This document shows positions 36,801 through 48,850 of a DNA stretch of 64,000 nt, piece by piece. The notes beneath the pieces were generated by a model. That model had not been told where the DNA came from, searched no databases, and saw only the letters and a program-made list of their open reading frames with translations. Numbering within the stretch: the first letter of the stretch is position 1; the number at the start of each line of letters is the position of its first letter. Source of the stretch: Podarcis vaucheri (lineage: Eukaryota); NCBI GenBank assembly GCA_965113315.1, contig OZ220369.1, one strand, 5' to 3'. The translations under genes were made by a program, and so were the position numbers.

Positions 36801-38236
36801 TTTAAATACATATCACTTCCACGTTGGAAGGAAAACAGAGATGTACTTGACAGTTAAGTTTCTTAAATTTATAAGACTGACCATCAATAAAACTATACAG
36901 GTGGCTTATTTAAAATAATAGAATAATTAAGAATAAATACAGTATTTTTCCATAGCAGAAACAGTATAAAGCAGTTTGCAGGTTAGCTTTAAACCACACT
37001 AAAAGAGAGAGGGAGGGAAAGAGAAAGGCTTATTTAAAACCACACTGAAAAAGTGAGTGCTAAGGGTCTCTTTTGAAACACAAGTTCAAAAGGCATTTTC
37101 AGTGGTGATTCCCCAATTGTGGAATGTTTTCCCCAGAGAAACCCTCCTGCAGCCAACATTGTCAGCTCACTGGGTGGAAACATTACTTTTCACTGTTTAA
37201 GGATCTTAATGATGTGGAAAGATTCTGGCCTGTTTTGGTGTTTACCTTTTAGTGGGGTAGGGTAAGATTAATCCTTCTTATTCTTGTTCTAAAACTGCAA
37301 GTATCCAAATTTGTGGATGGCATGAACTTATTCAGGATGGTAAAATACTGAGCAGATTGTGAAGTGCTCTTAAAGGCCCATTCTAAAGTTTCTTACTAGG
37401 GAATTCAAAAAAGTACTACACACAGGTATTGCTTTTGCAGAAAAAAACTATCACAAGCACACAGCATGGTCTCTCCATGTATTTTTTTTTGGGGGGGGTC
37501 CTAGGTAAAGGTAAAGGTACCCCTGCCCGAACGGGCCAGTCTTGACAGACTCTGGGGTTTGTGCGCCCATCTCACATCTATTGGCCGGGGGCCAGCGCTG
37601 TCCGCAGACACTTCCGGGTCACGTGGCCAGCGTGACAACGCTGCTCTGGCGAGCCAGAGCCGCACACGGAACGCCGTTTACCTTCCCGCTGGTAAGCGGT
37701 ACCTATTTATCTACTTGCCCCCGGGGGTGCTTTCGAACTGCTAGGTTGGCAGGCGCTGGGACCGAGCAGCGGGAGCGCACCCCGCCGCGGGGATTCGAAC
37801 TGTCGACCTTTCGATCGGCAAGCCCTAGGCGCTGAGGCTTTAGCCCACAGCGCCACCCGCGTCCCCTGGGGGGGGGGTCCTATAAAGACACAATTACTTT
37901 ACTGAGACAAATCCTGGGATGGGATGACTAATCTAGGATGCCATCCAGGATGAGGCAAGGATTCCACAAGCTGCTCCCAGAAAAATAGCTAGCAGAGATG
38001 CATGTTGTCCCGCTACAAGGAGCCTGAATGACAACATACCTGGTTCTGCAGCTGTACAGTCTGACTGAGTTGGCTGCTCTCTTGCGCAGAAAGCTTTTCC
38101 TGCAGCAGCAGCAACTCTTGCTGCAGCTGCAACTTTTCCTCTTGTAGCTGGGCCAAAGACTCCACCAACTTCTGTACCATGGGAAGCTGACGTGCCCCCG
38201 GCAAGCTGGGCCGTTTCCCACTGAAGAATCTTCCCT
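24807..38236 (-). CDS. KIFC3: Kinesin-like protein KIFC3 (kinesin-14, C-terminal motor); coding exons 38236-38040, 36779-36714, 34812-34669, 34563-34324, 34087-33914, 32890-32743, 32543-32413, 32191-32080, 31661-31480, 31171-31067, 30055-29925, 29154-29031, 28539-28410, 27523-27294, 26722-26588, 25894-25795, 24817-24807 (stop); 5' exons unresolved
   Basis: Coiled coil ([12 protein letters not shown]..., [17 protein letters not shown]), neck ([17 protein letters not shown]), P-loop GQTGAGKT, switch I NEHSSRSH, switch II DLAGSE and [17 protein letters not shown] are present. All junctions are GT-AG and phase-consistent. The terminal exon and start codon are less certain. Confidence 0.95.
27594..27946 (-). 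mobile_element. Sauria SINE (near full length)
   Basis: (ACCTTT)n tail at the left end, tRNA-derived head (...cacagcgccacccgcgt) at the right end, B-box ggttcgaatccc on the minus strand. Highly similar to the copy at 37504. Confidence 0.9.
33063..33255. mobile_element. Tc1/mariner-type MITE (CAGTGGTACC family), apparently nested in an older AT-rich repeat (about 32955-33562)
   Basis: TA|CAGTGGTACCTAGGGTTA...TAACCCAAGGTACCACTG|TA. Confidence 0.85.
36530..36554. repeat. (CA)n microsatellite
   Basis: Directly visible. Confidence 0.9.
37504..37866 (-). mobile_element. Sauria SINE, full length, with target-site duplication
   Basis: Tail ggtaaaggtaaaggt and head ...cgccacccgcgtccc, flanked by tG8tccta (37490-37503) and tG10tccta (37867-37882). 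Confidence 0.92.
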
Positions 38237-38820
38237 CTGCAACAAAGCGGGAAATTATTATCAAGCAGAGCAGGTGCCAGGCAGGGATGAGATGAGGGGA
38301 AGATTAGCATGTGATGAAGCGGAGTGCTACACCATGAAGGGCCGTGAACAGTACAAACTGCAAAGCAAGATCTTCTGATGCAAGATGAAATGCACCTGCC
38401 AAGCATTATTGCAGGAAGGATTGTTGGTGGGTGTGCGTAGGCCACGGGCTATTTCTCCCACCAAAACTCTGGGCAGAGCCATCAGCCAACAAAGCCCAAC
38501 ATTAGCATGTTGACCAAAGAAAGGAATACTGTGATGCTGCTGAAGTCAAAGAAAATTTACCTTGCATGTTAGATATTTACCCTCAGCAGTTGCTAAGAGG
38601 TTGGTCCAAATTTATATTCTCAAATGGTAAATTGTCCTCTCTTTGGCCTTACAGCCAATGGGGCAACTTGAAATCTGCTTTGCCCCTAATAGTCACCTAA
38701 TGTTGTGCAACCCTATGCGTGTCTACTCAAAAGTAAGCCCTACTAATTGCAATAGAGATTACTCCCAGATAAGCACAGTTAGTTAGGATTGTTGTCAAAG
38801 TCTGCATAACCGCTCATGTA

Positions 38821-39009
38821 TGGTCGTACCTTGGAAGTCGAACAGAATCCGTTCCGGAAGTCCATTTGACTTCCAAAACGTTCGAAACCCCGTCAGATGT
38901 TTGGGTTCCAAAAGAACATTCGCAAACTGGAACAATCACTTCCAGGTTTTCGACGTTCTGGAGCCAAAACATGTGATTTCCAGGGCGTTTAGGATCCAAG
39001 GTACGACTG
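38821..39009. mobile_element. Tc1/mariner-type MITE (CAGTCGTACC family)
   Basis: TA|tggtcgtaccttggaag...ccaaggtacgactg|TA; related to the copy at 4421. Confidence 0.75.
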
Positions 39010-42000
39010 TACTTTAAATGAACTTTTACAAAATTCAGACTTCACAACATTTTCCACATGCCCTAGGGGACATATGTTTTTCTCTCTCCCCATCCTCCGC
39101 AAAATAGCTTATTTCCCTTTTACTGAATATCTAGCTCTGCAGAATGTAAAAATATGATTACTGTTTTGTGACGTTTTAGTTGGGACATAATGAAAATTGT
39201 TACCCTAATGTTTTTATTTTGGAATTATTTTAATGGACAGGCACAGCTACTGTACCTTCCCATCTTTACCTAACAAAAATGAGTATGTCTGAGTGAAACC
39301 TGGGTTGTTTCGTATTTTAAGAAAGCATTATTCATTCGCACACGGAAATAATGGCCTCCGATCTTACAAAAAAGCACAGAGAAACAGCTTTCCAAGCACA
39401 GCGACGTAAGTACGCATCTCGGGGAGATGGCATAGTAAGACAGAAAAGACAGAGATGCCACATCACCACTTCTTGCTGCCCAAAACTCCCTGAAGAAGTT
39501 TGGCAAGTGGGATGCACACAATGACCACACAAGCATGGAGAAGAGATAAATACCACACTGCCTCTGTGCCCCAGGTGGAGGAGCTCTTCACTCACAGCAG
39601 TCTGAATTCCTGTCACCATAAGCAAGAAGAAAGAAGAACACACAGAAGACACAACCTATGATTCCGCAAAGTCGAAAATACCCAAGTTGTTCTGTGGGCA
39701 ACTAAAAATAAATACTATCTCCCTCCCTCCACCCAGCAGCTGGTTGGTTTGTGAAAGGAGCAGAGAACGGAGAGCAAAAAGGGGTCACTACATATGAGAA
39801 ATAAACAGCTAATGACAGATGAAGAAATATCTATCTAAGAAATAGTTATATGATCAACAACTTTAGGATAGCATCACTACACCACATATTATTGGCACCA
39901 GCTGTTCAAAAGAAGTTGGCATTGCAGGGTTCCCTTAAAGTCCCTTCTGCTAGTGCTAGATACTACTCGTGTCTGGACCAGGCACATGGCTCTGGAAAGA
40001 GCTCCCAGACCCCACTGCCAGATAGCCAGGCTGCTCCAGAGGTTCAGCAGCTCCAGAGGGAGCTGTTTTGTCAGAGGGCAAAAAGCAGCAATGCTGAGCA
40101 GCTGGCCTTGCCTTGCAGGCTGGGGCAGGGAGAATTCCTTAGATTACCTTACATAACTTCCTCCATTACTTCTGCAGCCATAGCACACTCAAGATTGGAG
40201 ACAAAAGATCTGGGTCAGCCTCCTAACAATAGAGGCAATGGCCAAAAGAGGAAAGCATCAAATCTGCCCTTGACTGTTTGAAATGAGGCACACATAGTAC
40301 TCTTTCAGAGGAGGGATTTATCTTAATACCCTCTTCTAAACTGGGGTTTGTGTGTGAATGCGCATTATAGGCAGGGTCATTTCTTTGCTTCCAAGGAGAG
40401 CTACTGAGCTGTTAACAGCTGTATGACAGATAGACATAGATGAAGTTTTTTACACTTCTGAATCTTTATGCTAGGGAAAGTTGTTTAATTTTTGTTAATT
40501 TAACAATTGTCTCAATACAGCCAACCAAAATGCCATTCAATCCCAAATGAATCATCATACTCTCAAAGAACAAACTTGGATGGTCAAGTGCTAATTGCTT
40601 TACAGATAAAACTGGGCCACCAGAGAATAAAAAGTATGCAAGCACCCAACTTTAAAAGACTTTAAATAACAACAATCAGCCCTGGGAGCTTCAGAATATT
40701 GATGGCATAAAGACAAGGAAAAAATAATAAAGCAACAAAAGTTAATGCCTGGAAGAGGAACTTCTGGCTTTGCACTGTACACCAGACAAACGCTAAGGGG
40801 ACACTGCAACATTTTGGTACAGCTCATACTCGTATTTATTTCTGACATTCTGCCCTGACTTTCTATATAAAAGAGGGCAGAAAGGGCAGAAAGTCTAGGT
40901 GGTTACATATACACATAGTACATATAAAAACATCCTGAAAGTGATCATGTTGTTGTTTGGTAAAAAAAAACAGAAGTGGAACATTCAGGTGAATCAATAT
41001 TGAACTGTTATGGAGGGTTGGAATTACAAAATTTTAATTATTTATTGACTGACTTAAGGTAATCACAGGACCATGGCTTGAGTATTAATTGATAAGGCAT
41101 TTAGTGTATGCCTTCTGTCAGTACAGATATATTTTTACATGCTTATAGAACAGAAAATAGATAGACAAGGGCAAGACCTTCATCTCTGCAATGCATGCAC
41201 TACACTTGCAGGCGCTTCATTAACAGCCATCACATCCAGTCCGAAATAGCCAAGGAATATCCCTGTGTGAAACCATGGAGCATGACTACCAGTCAGTGCA
41301 GACAGTATGGAGTCAGGTGGATCCATGGGTCTGATTCAGTATATTGTAGGATTATATATCACCCTGAGAGATGTGAAAGGTGATTAAAAACAGCAACAAT
41401 AACAACGCTGCAGTTTCTGACAGGTAGTCAAATAATATCAAGATAAAATCACACCAATTAAAAACCAGTCAAAATAGTAACAGCAGATTATAATTACCCT
41501 GTGCTGCTTTCCCTGCACATGTCTCAAGCAGGTGACATACCCACCCATCACTTCATGATTTCCCATAGGCTGAGCTGAGCCTAGAAGAGACACCTGAGAA
41601 AAACCTGGGAACTAATACCTGGGAGGAAACAGATGCATGTCTTACCAACCCTGACCTGGATCTAAAGTCCATTTCAGACCTCCAAGGATAAAAATGAAAG
41701 GGCTCTAACAAGGCCAACATTCAGAGCTGTCAACTGGTGTGCCAGCCTTTTTTAGAAGGGTCATCTCATAGTCATCATTCCACATCACCTAATTGTATGT
41801 CCTGCACCCAATATAGTTAATAACTCCTTGCAAATGTTACACTTGTGTGGTTCTATTAAAAGGAAAAGGATGAGTACTCCAGTCCCACTACAAACATCAA
41901 GCAGCAGGTGTAGCTGGCTTGTTAAAACATTCTTTTTTTCCCTACAATATTTTTAAGCCAATGTCTGCATAAGGATAAACTATTTCAATCTGTCCAGCTG

Positions 42001-44979
42001 CTCATCCAACACTCTTTCTGATGCTCATACACCATTTATTCTACCTTTTTATTTCTACGCTGCCTTTCCCCTGTCAACCACCCTACAGGCTACAGTAAGA
42101 GAGAAAGCTGCTAGCCCAAAGTCAAGAAGCAAGTTGCTTGCATAATAGGTGGAGACTTGAATGGAGGCTTCCCGTGTCCACATCTGGCATTCTAACTACT
42201 ATCCTGTCTGATAAGGAAACAGACAAGCAACCCCCACCAATCTGGTCTCAGTCAAAGGATCTTCTGAAGATGCCACCCAGTTCCACTTTCTAAACTTCTG
42301 TGAGGAACTCATTTTCTGCTTACTTATTCTTTCCCCCTCCACCCTGTGCCCCTCACTCACTCTTTTCTGTCTGCACTGCTCTTCTCCCCTCCTGGTCATA
42401 GCCGTGTTGCCATCTTGCTTTAATGCTCTCTCTTCCGTGCAAACTCTCTCCTCACACTCCTTCACTGAAGCACTTTGTTGTGAGGCCTCACAAAGGGGAG
42501 AAATGGGACTCGCTGCAACTTCCAAATCAGCACAAAACAGGGAGCACCTCCTCACTCTGATATGTCTGGGCAAGCTCAGGCAATTAAGGCTCAGAAGACC
42601 AGAGAAAGGGAAGCCAGAAGAGCTGAACTGTAACTCTCTCCTGGCATCAATTCTTCCTTTTTGGAGGGAGGTCAATAACAAGGGGTACTTAGGGTGCAGT
42701 AAGGCACAACATGTGGGGGAAATGTGCCAATGGAAAACTGACAATGTGCATATGTGTTTATTAGGCATTTATATGATAAGTAATGTCAAGAGCAGCATGT
42801 ATACAAATTATATAAGGATGGAATGCACTCTGTTTCTATAAAAATAAAATTAGCCAAGCCATATTAAAACACCTTCTTTTTGGCCAGAACCTCCTATTCT
42901 TCTTCACCTTCATCTTTGGGCAAACAACACTACATTATATGCTTGTAAATCCCCTTAAAGTACTCCTAGTTTTGCATTTGTTAGTTACTACACTAAGGCA
43001 AATTCATAAATGAATAATCAGTAATGACTCCTGGGGAGAAACCGCTACTAACACAGCACATAGGAGAAAAGAATGCTTTGTGTTCATTTGGCTTTTCTTT
43101 TATGGTGTGGCATGTCTGACAGGGAATTTGTGCAGCTGGAAACTCTACTTTAAAAAAGTCCTTGGCCAGTAAACCACAAGTTCAGCATTGAAAGAAAACA
43201 GAGGAGCAAAAATAGGAGTGAAATAGGTGGAGGAAGCCCACACATCACAGTATCCCATAGTTAAGCCAGTGATCATGGTTTGTTTCCTCTCAGTGTATGC
43301 TGAGAGAAGGAGTGATTTGCTTATGCACAGCAAACCATGGCTTATGGCTTTACACGGTGTGTGAACAAGGTCAATGGCTCAACCTGAAATAAGGGACTCA
43401 AAGTCTGCACACATACACCATCTTGAATCCCTCCAGCAAAGGGACACAGTTTCAGACTAGTTTTTGCTAGTGAACTGCTGACATAGTTTGGAGTTCAAGT
43501 TTCCACTGCAAACTTCACATGGAATGTCCTTTGCCTTTTGCACATGGGCTTTTCCGAAGAATAAGCAGCTGCATATCAAGTGCACGGCATGGAACTTTCA
43601 ACAGAATTCATAGGGCAATGATGGACTTCCTTTCAGATGAGAGGGCATGGGGAGAGAAAGCCAGTTGCTCTGTTGACACCTCCCCCCCCCCCACAAAAAA
43701 AAATACTGTGGAAAATGTGGAAATTTCGGGGTGTTAAAAAAGCTTTTTAAAAGCAACAACATCAACTCTCATTCAAATAGTCTCTTTGTTCATATGATAA
43801 ACAGAGTACTTTTTAAAGTAACATCTTAAAATAATATTATGGCCAGTTACACTACTGCAAAATACTTACTTCCAGAATTCAAAGACAGCACTGTTAGGGG
43901 TTTTACCATTCCTACTGTCTTCATCTGGATTGTAACAACATTAGGACCAAACACATAGTTCCTGCAAAAGAGTAGCAGAACTAAACAGCCTCTAAGCACT
44001 CTCAGTTCTCACTTGCCTCCTAATCAACATACACCATCAAGGGACAATGAACATAAAACCAAAAGCTAAGGAGACAGGGAGGGAGGGGGATGATCACCAC
44101 ACCCTATGTGAGGATTCACAGCAAAAGGAGGAACAGATTTTGCCAACTCGACACTAAACCCTTATTATGACAAATCCTGCAATAAGTCACTGGCTCAGCA
44201 TTAGTATCTACATGAAGACACCCCCTGCTTTTATCCTATCCTATTAACATGTGTATGTTAATGATCAGAGAGAGGCAAGCAGACAAAGACATTGCTATAC
44301 TGTACAACTAATCCTACTTCAGCTGAACTGTCCCTTTCCATACTGACCCCTGCCTCCAAATAAACCCCATAGCAAGCCTCACAAGATAGAACCAGGAGGA
44401 GGAGGAGGCAGACAGATACCATCACAGGTCTGCTCAGGTCCTGCCCCGCTCAAAACTCTACCCACTTTGTCCTCCCCACCCACGTTCCAAGCAACTAAAC
44501 AGTCTCCAGTTTCCACATGTGGAAGGTGTGTTTGCCTCTCTTGGTTTCTGTGTTTTGCTTCCTCTTTGAATTAATTATTTTAGCATTCTGTTTCCAATAT
44601 CCATATGGATCCATTTTTTTATTTTTTTAAAGTCATATTTTATTAATGTTGCTTTGGGGACTCCAATCAAAAAGTGATTACAAATTAAATACATTTACAT
44701 TTTAAATACCTACTTAACTAACCCATTGGGTTCCAATCTGTCTCCCTCTTTGGGGTTTAGGATAGCACACATGGCAGCAATCCTGTTTTATTCTGCCAGG
44801 GAGCTTAAATGGAAAATTCCTGACTTGCCCCAAGGTGCCAAGTATGCTTCCTGGCCAAACAGATCTGCTCCCAGGCCTCCCCAGTCCAAATCCAACACTC
44901 CAGTCACTACGCCTAATCGGCTCCCAGACTGTCTTTCCCAAATAACCAAGATGGGTCAGATTTTGTGCATCTGCTGTAC

Positions 44980-45139
44980 CTGAGTTATCCATGTTGACGT
45001 CAGCTTCCTGCTCCAGGATGTCGCAGCAGCTGTCAACAGCTGCCAGCCTCTGTCTTGTGCCCAGCTTGGCGATGGAGCCAACGCTTCCCTCAGTCTTCAC
45101 CTGGCAACTGGCCTTTCACACCTTGGCTTGTAGAGCCTG
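44980..45139 (-). other. KIFC3: Candidate upstream KIFC3 exon, possibly containing the start codon (ATG 44992: MDNS|EGRFF...)
   Basis: Strong acceptor tttttatcttcccag|cag|, donor cag|gtacag, and Kozak gtcaacATGG. It ends in phase 1, matching the phase-1 start of exon 38236. Confidence 0.5.
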
Positions 45140-45760
45140 CTGGGAAGATAAAAACCCTTGTATGGGAGGCATGCTAATAATACCAACAGCACTAAGACAC
45201 TCCCATCCCAATACGGCACTATTTGCAAATAATTCATGATTCAAGTGCCTGGGGAATTGTCATCAATTAAAGTTGTTGATGATATCTTACGTCTTCTCTG
45301 CCTGACAAATATGATAATGGTTGCTGGGGGTTTTCTATATTAGATCCACAGTAAAAAAAAATACTATGTTAGCATAGTTATTATGCTACTATAGTTGACA
45401 GCCCTTGCTTAGGTCCACAGTAATATTTGTTTAATGGGGGGGGATTAAGGCTTGCCCCAAGCTAAATCATTTCTATAGAAATTAATGGAAATCCATGTTG
45501 GTCATCAATTGTTTTTAATGGGTCTACTCAGAGTAGAACACTAGCTACAATGTCAATAAGTGTGAACTATTTTCTTAACTTGCCATTTGTCAGTACCGAA
45601 AGAAACACTTTGGCACATCCAATTCTGCCACATGCACATTGTGAAATGAACTCCCATCCCTTGAAGTCTAAAACTTTCCAGGGAGGTGCCTGCTTATTAA
45701 CAAGAGCAACCCACATTTATCTGCATAGCTACAACTTCCTCTGCGAGGTTTTTTGTGCCA

Positions 45761-46003
45761 AGAAGAAGAGGAGTTTGGATTTGATATCCCGCTTTATCAC
45801 TACCCGAAGGAGTCTCAAAGCGGCTAACATTCTCCTTTCCCTTCCTCCCCCACAACAAACACTCTGTGAGGTGAGTGGGGCTGAGAGACTTCAGAGGAGT
45901 GTGACTAGCCCAAGGTCACCCAGCAGCTGCATGCGGAGGAGCGGAGACATGAACCTGGTTCCCCAGATTGCAAGACTACTGCTCTTAACCACTACACCAC
46001 ACA
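45761..46003 (-). mobile_element. tRNA-derived SINE (Squam3-like), near full length
   Basis: The minus strand begins gtgtggtgtagtggttaagagc (A-box) and ends in a (ctt)n tail; the 3' part is nearly identical to 12722-12800. Confidence 0.8.
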
Positions 46004-46345
46004 CACACACAGGAGACACATAGGCAGCATTGCACTTTGAGATTGGCTGTCTTGGTTGATAGAAGCAGCCACTGAAGCTGGGCAAAAGGACATGATGGGC
46101 ACTGAGGAAAGCACTGCCAGGGCGAATTGTCTTTTACTTTGCCCTCTACAATCTGGAAACCCACCACACAAGCAGATCAGTTGCTGAACACTTTAAAGAT
46201 GGTCTATAAAGATGGAAAAACTCACTCTGATAAAGTCATATTGAACTTCTCACCACTTTTAAAAACCACCACCACTATCCATTGGATTACGGGGAATCCA
46301 GATGTGTTCTTCCTATCACTCCCTCTGCTACCATAGCCCAGTGAA

Positions 46346-46393
46346 GGATAATTTTCTATGCACTGCGTACAGGATAATTTTCTATGCACTGCG
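46346..46393. repeat. 25-bp-period tandem duplication
   Basis: aggataattttctatgcactgcgt occurs twice. Confidence 0.8.
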
Positions 46394-48011
46394 TTAGAAT
46401 AATTTGATGGATGGATAGAAAATCAGTTTAACACCCTTGCAAGAAACATGCCCAACTTCAGCTTCCACATTCTTCTTTTTATTCCCCCTCCCCAAGCACT
46501 TTTCCTACTGCAACTCCTGCTTCTTACAACCTCTTCCCACAAACCAAGGGCCAAACTGCATGCAGCAATCTAGAGACACAGGCCCAGTTACCCAAAACGT
46601 TGTTTCTCTTCACAAGCACATTCCCTTGCCTGCCAGCCCCCATGCCAATGAAGTGGACAGCAGAACACTGATACCAGATTGTGCCATTTCACCTGTCTTT
46701 TTTGAAGTAGAATGATTATGGCATTGACCATGAGGAGCAAATTCCTCCACCACATGAAGAGAAGTATGACTTCAGCCATTGTGTCCACTGCTGTCTGTTC
46801 ACTCTCACTGCCATCTGTTCCAGGATGCTGCTACTGTCAGAAGTGAAGAGCACTCAAGTTCCTACAGCTACTGTGGTAATGCAATTCCTCTCCCACTGCT
46901 ATCTACAGGCTACTACATTACAATAAAAACCAGTTCAAGAATCCACTTATATCACTTATTACATTCCCAATCTACCAATGATTGATGGTGTGTGAGTGTG
47001 GGTGTGCAGACTTTCCCCATGTGTTTTATAATTCCTTTCCTGAATGGACAGTGCATCACTCAGAATGGCACAGAAAAAAATTACAAGCAATGTTTCCACT
47101 GACTCCTTGGAAGAACGCTTTGGCTAGACTTCCTCTTAAACAATAATGTAAAGTATATACTTGCTGGAAGCTCCATTAAGAGCTGGTGCGTGCAATCCCG
47201 TAGAGGAAAAACAATACCCTGCTACATTTTTAAGAAAAGGTAGTTCCCTGACAGGTAGTCTTGTTCTTTCATCTCTGACTTTGAAATCCTTCAAGGTCAT
47301 CCTCACTTGCATGGTCAGGTTTCCAAATATACCTGCTCCACACACAGAAGATGGGCATACAGTAGCAAAATAGCAACCTCAGAAGATTCTTTGCTCAGAA
47401 GACAGCAAGTCCTGCCTGTTGTTTCACAACAGATTTTTAAAAATAATATATATCTCAGAGGCACATCTGACTAAATCTCACCAAAGACAGTATAGTTAGT
47501 GTCAAAAAGCTACCTCCTTCCATGTTTTCTAGTATCTGAAGCTGGCATGCAAGCCCCTCCTCTTTCTGGCAATCTGCCAACATTTCTCTGAAGTTTGCAA
47601 ATCCTGCGGCTCAAAATAGTCCAGGTCAGTGGAAGAATGGCAAGTTTCCCATTGAAACCCAAGACACAGGAATCTCTCATGAGCTGAAGAGAAGAAGAGA
47701 TTCAACAAGTCTTTTGTCTCTCTACTGACCCAGCAAGGACACACCAGGCCCAGTTTCAAATGTAGGCACTAACTTTAGGAAACTCCACGGAATAAGTTCT
47801 CGGATTTCAAGACACAAGAGGATGCATGAATAATGCATGGAGAAGCACAATACAAATTTCTGTCACAGGAAAAAACAGTGTGTTGTAAATTTTCAGAAAC
47901 CATTCTAAAGTTCACACGTATCCTTTCTATTATTTATACAGTACAACTTATATCTTGCTCTTTCTCCTCAACAAGCCCCAGGCAGCAAATCTAAGAAGAA
48001 ACAGAGTAGTA

Positions 48012-48147
48012 CAGGCTTCCTCAAACTCGGCCCTCCAGATGTTTCGAGACTACAATTCCCATCATCCCTGACCAATGGTCCTGCTAGGCAGGGATCATGG
48101 GAGCTGTAGGCCAAAAACATCTGGAGGGCAGAGTCTGAGGAAGCTTG
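48012..48147. mobile_element. hAT MITE with 8-bp TSD GAGTAGTA
   Basis: GAGTAGTA|CAGGCTTCCTCAAACTC...GAGTCTGAGGAAGCTTG|GAGTAGTA; an 8-bp TSD is typical of hAT. Confidence 0.85.
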
Positions 48148-48805
48148 GAGTAGTATAAAAGCATTTTAAAAACAGTTAAACATGTTTTTCTAAGAACATT
48201 TAGAAAACACAGTTTTACCAGTAATTTCAGGGTTGTATGGGGAAACAAGAGTTCATTTAACTTCTTCCTAAAAGTCAACAACACACCTCACCAGGGAGAG
48301 CATTCCACAAATGGGAAACCACCACTGAGAAGGCCCTGTCACAATATTTCACAATACTGTAAATTCACAATATATGTGGATGATACCACATGCACATGAA
48401 CTCAGCTGCAAGGCTCAAGTTTACAGAAAATTAAATGTTATGAAAAATGCCCTGGTTATAAGCTGAATGAAAAGAAATCATCAAGTCAAATGTGCAACAT
48501 TATGTCAGACATGATACAAGCACCACAGAAAAAAGAAAATAAATATCTAGTGATAAAACTGGGAGATTTATACAGGTGAAAGTACTTGCTTGTGAATAAA
48601 AAATAGAAGCTAATAAAATATGAAAGAATATTTAAATGTCATGGAAAGCAAGAATAGCAGCTGTGAAGATACCGCTCATACTTAGCATTGGGTTATATCC
48701 AATATAAGTTCCACTCGGAGTAGAGCAATTAAAATTAATGACTATCTTAGGTCAATTTCAATTGGACTCCTCTGAGTATTATTTTTGTTTGTTTGGTTTA
48801 TTATT

Positions 48806-48807
<2 letters not shown>

Positions 48808-48850
<43 letters not shown>
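48808..48850. repeat. (TAA)n microsatellite
   Basis: Directly visible. Confidence 0.9.

Noticed and set aside
42199-42768. Longest ORF in the track (189 aa, minus strand)
   Set aside because: No recognisable domain and weak splice context. It cannot be supported as an exon without transcript data.
45116-45118. Selenocysteine interpretation of the in-frame TGA
   Set aside because: KIFC3 is not a known selenoprotein and I could not identify a SECIS element in the 3'UTR. A downstream ATG or an internal acceptor explains it more simply.
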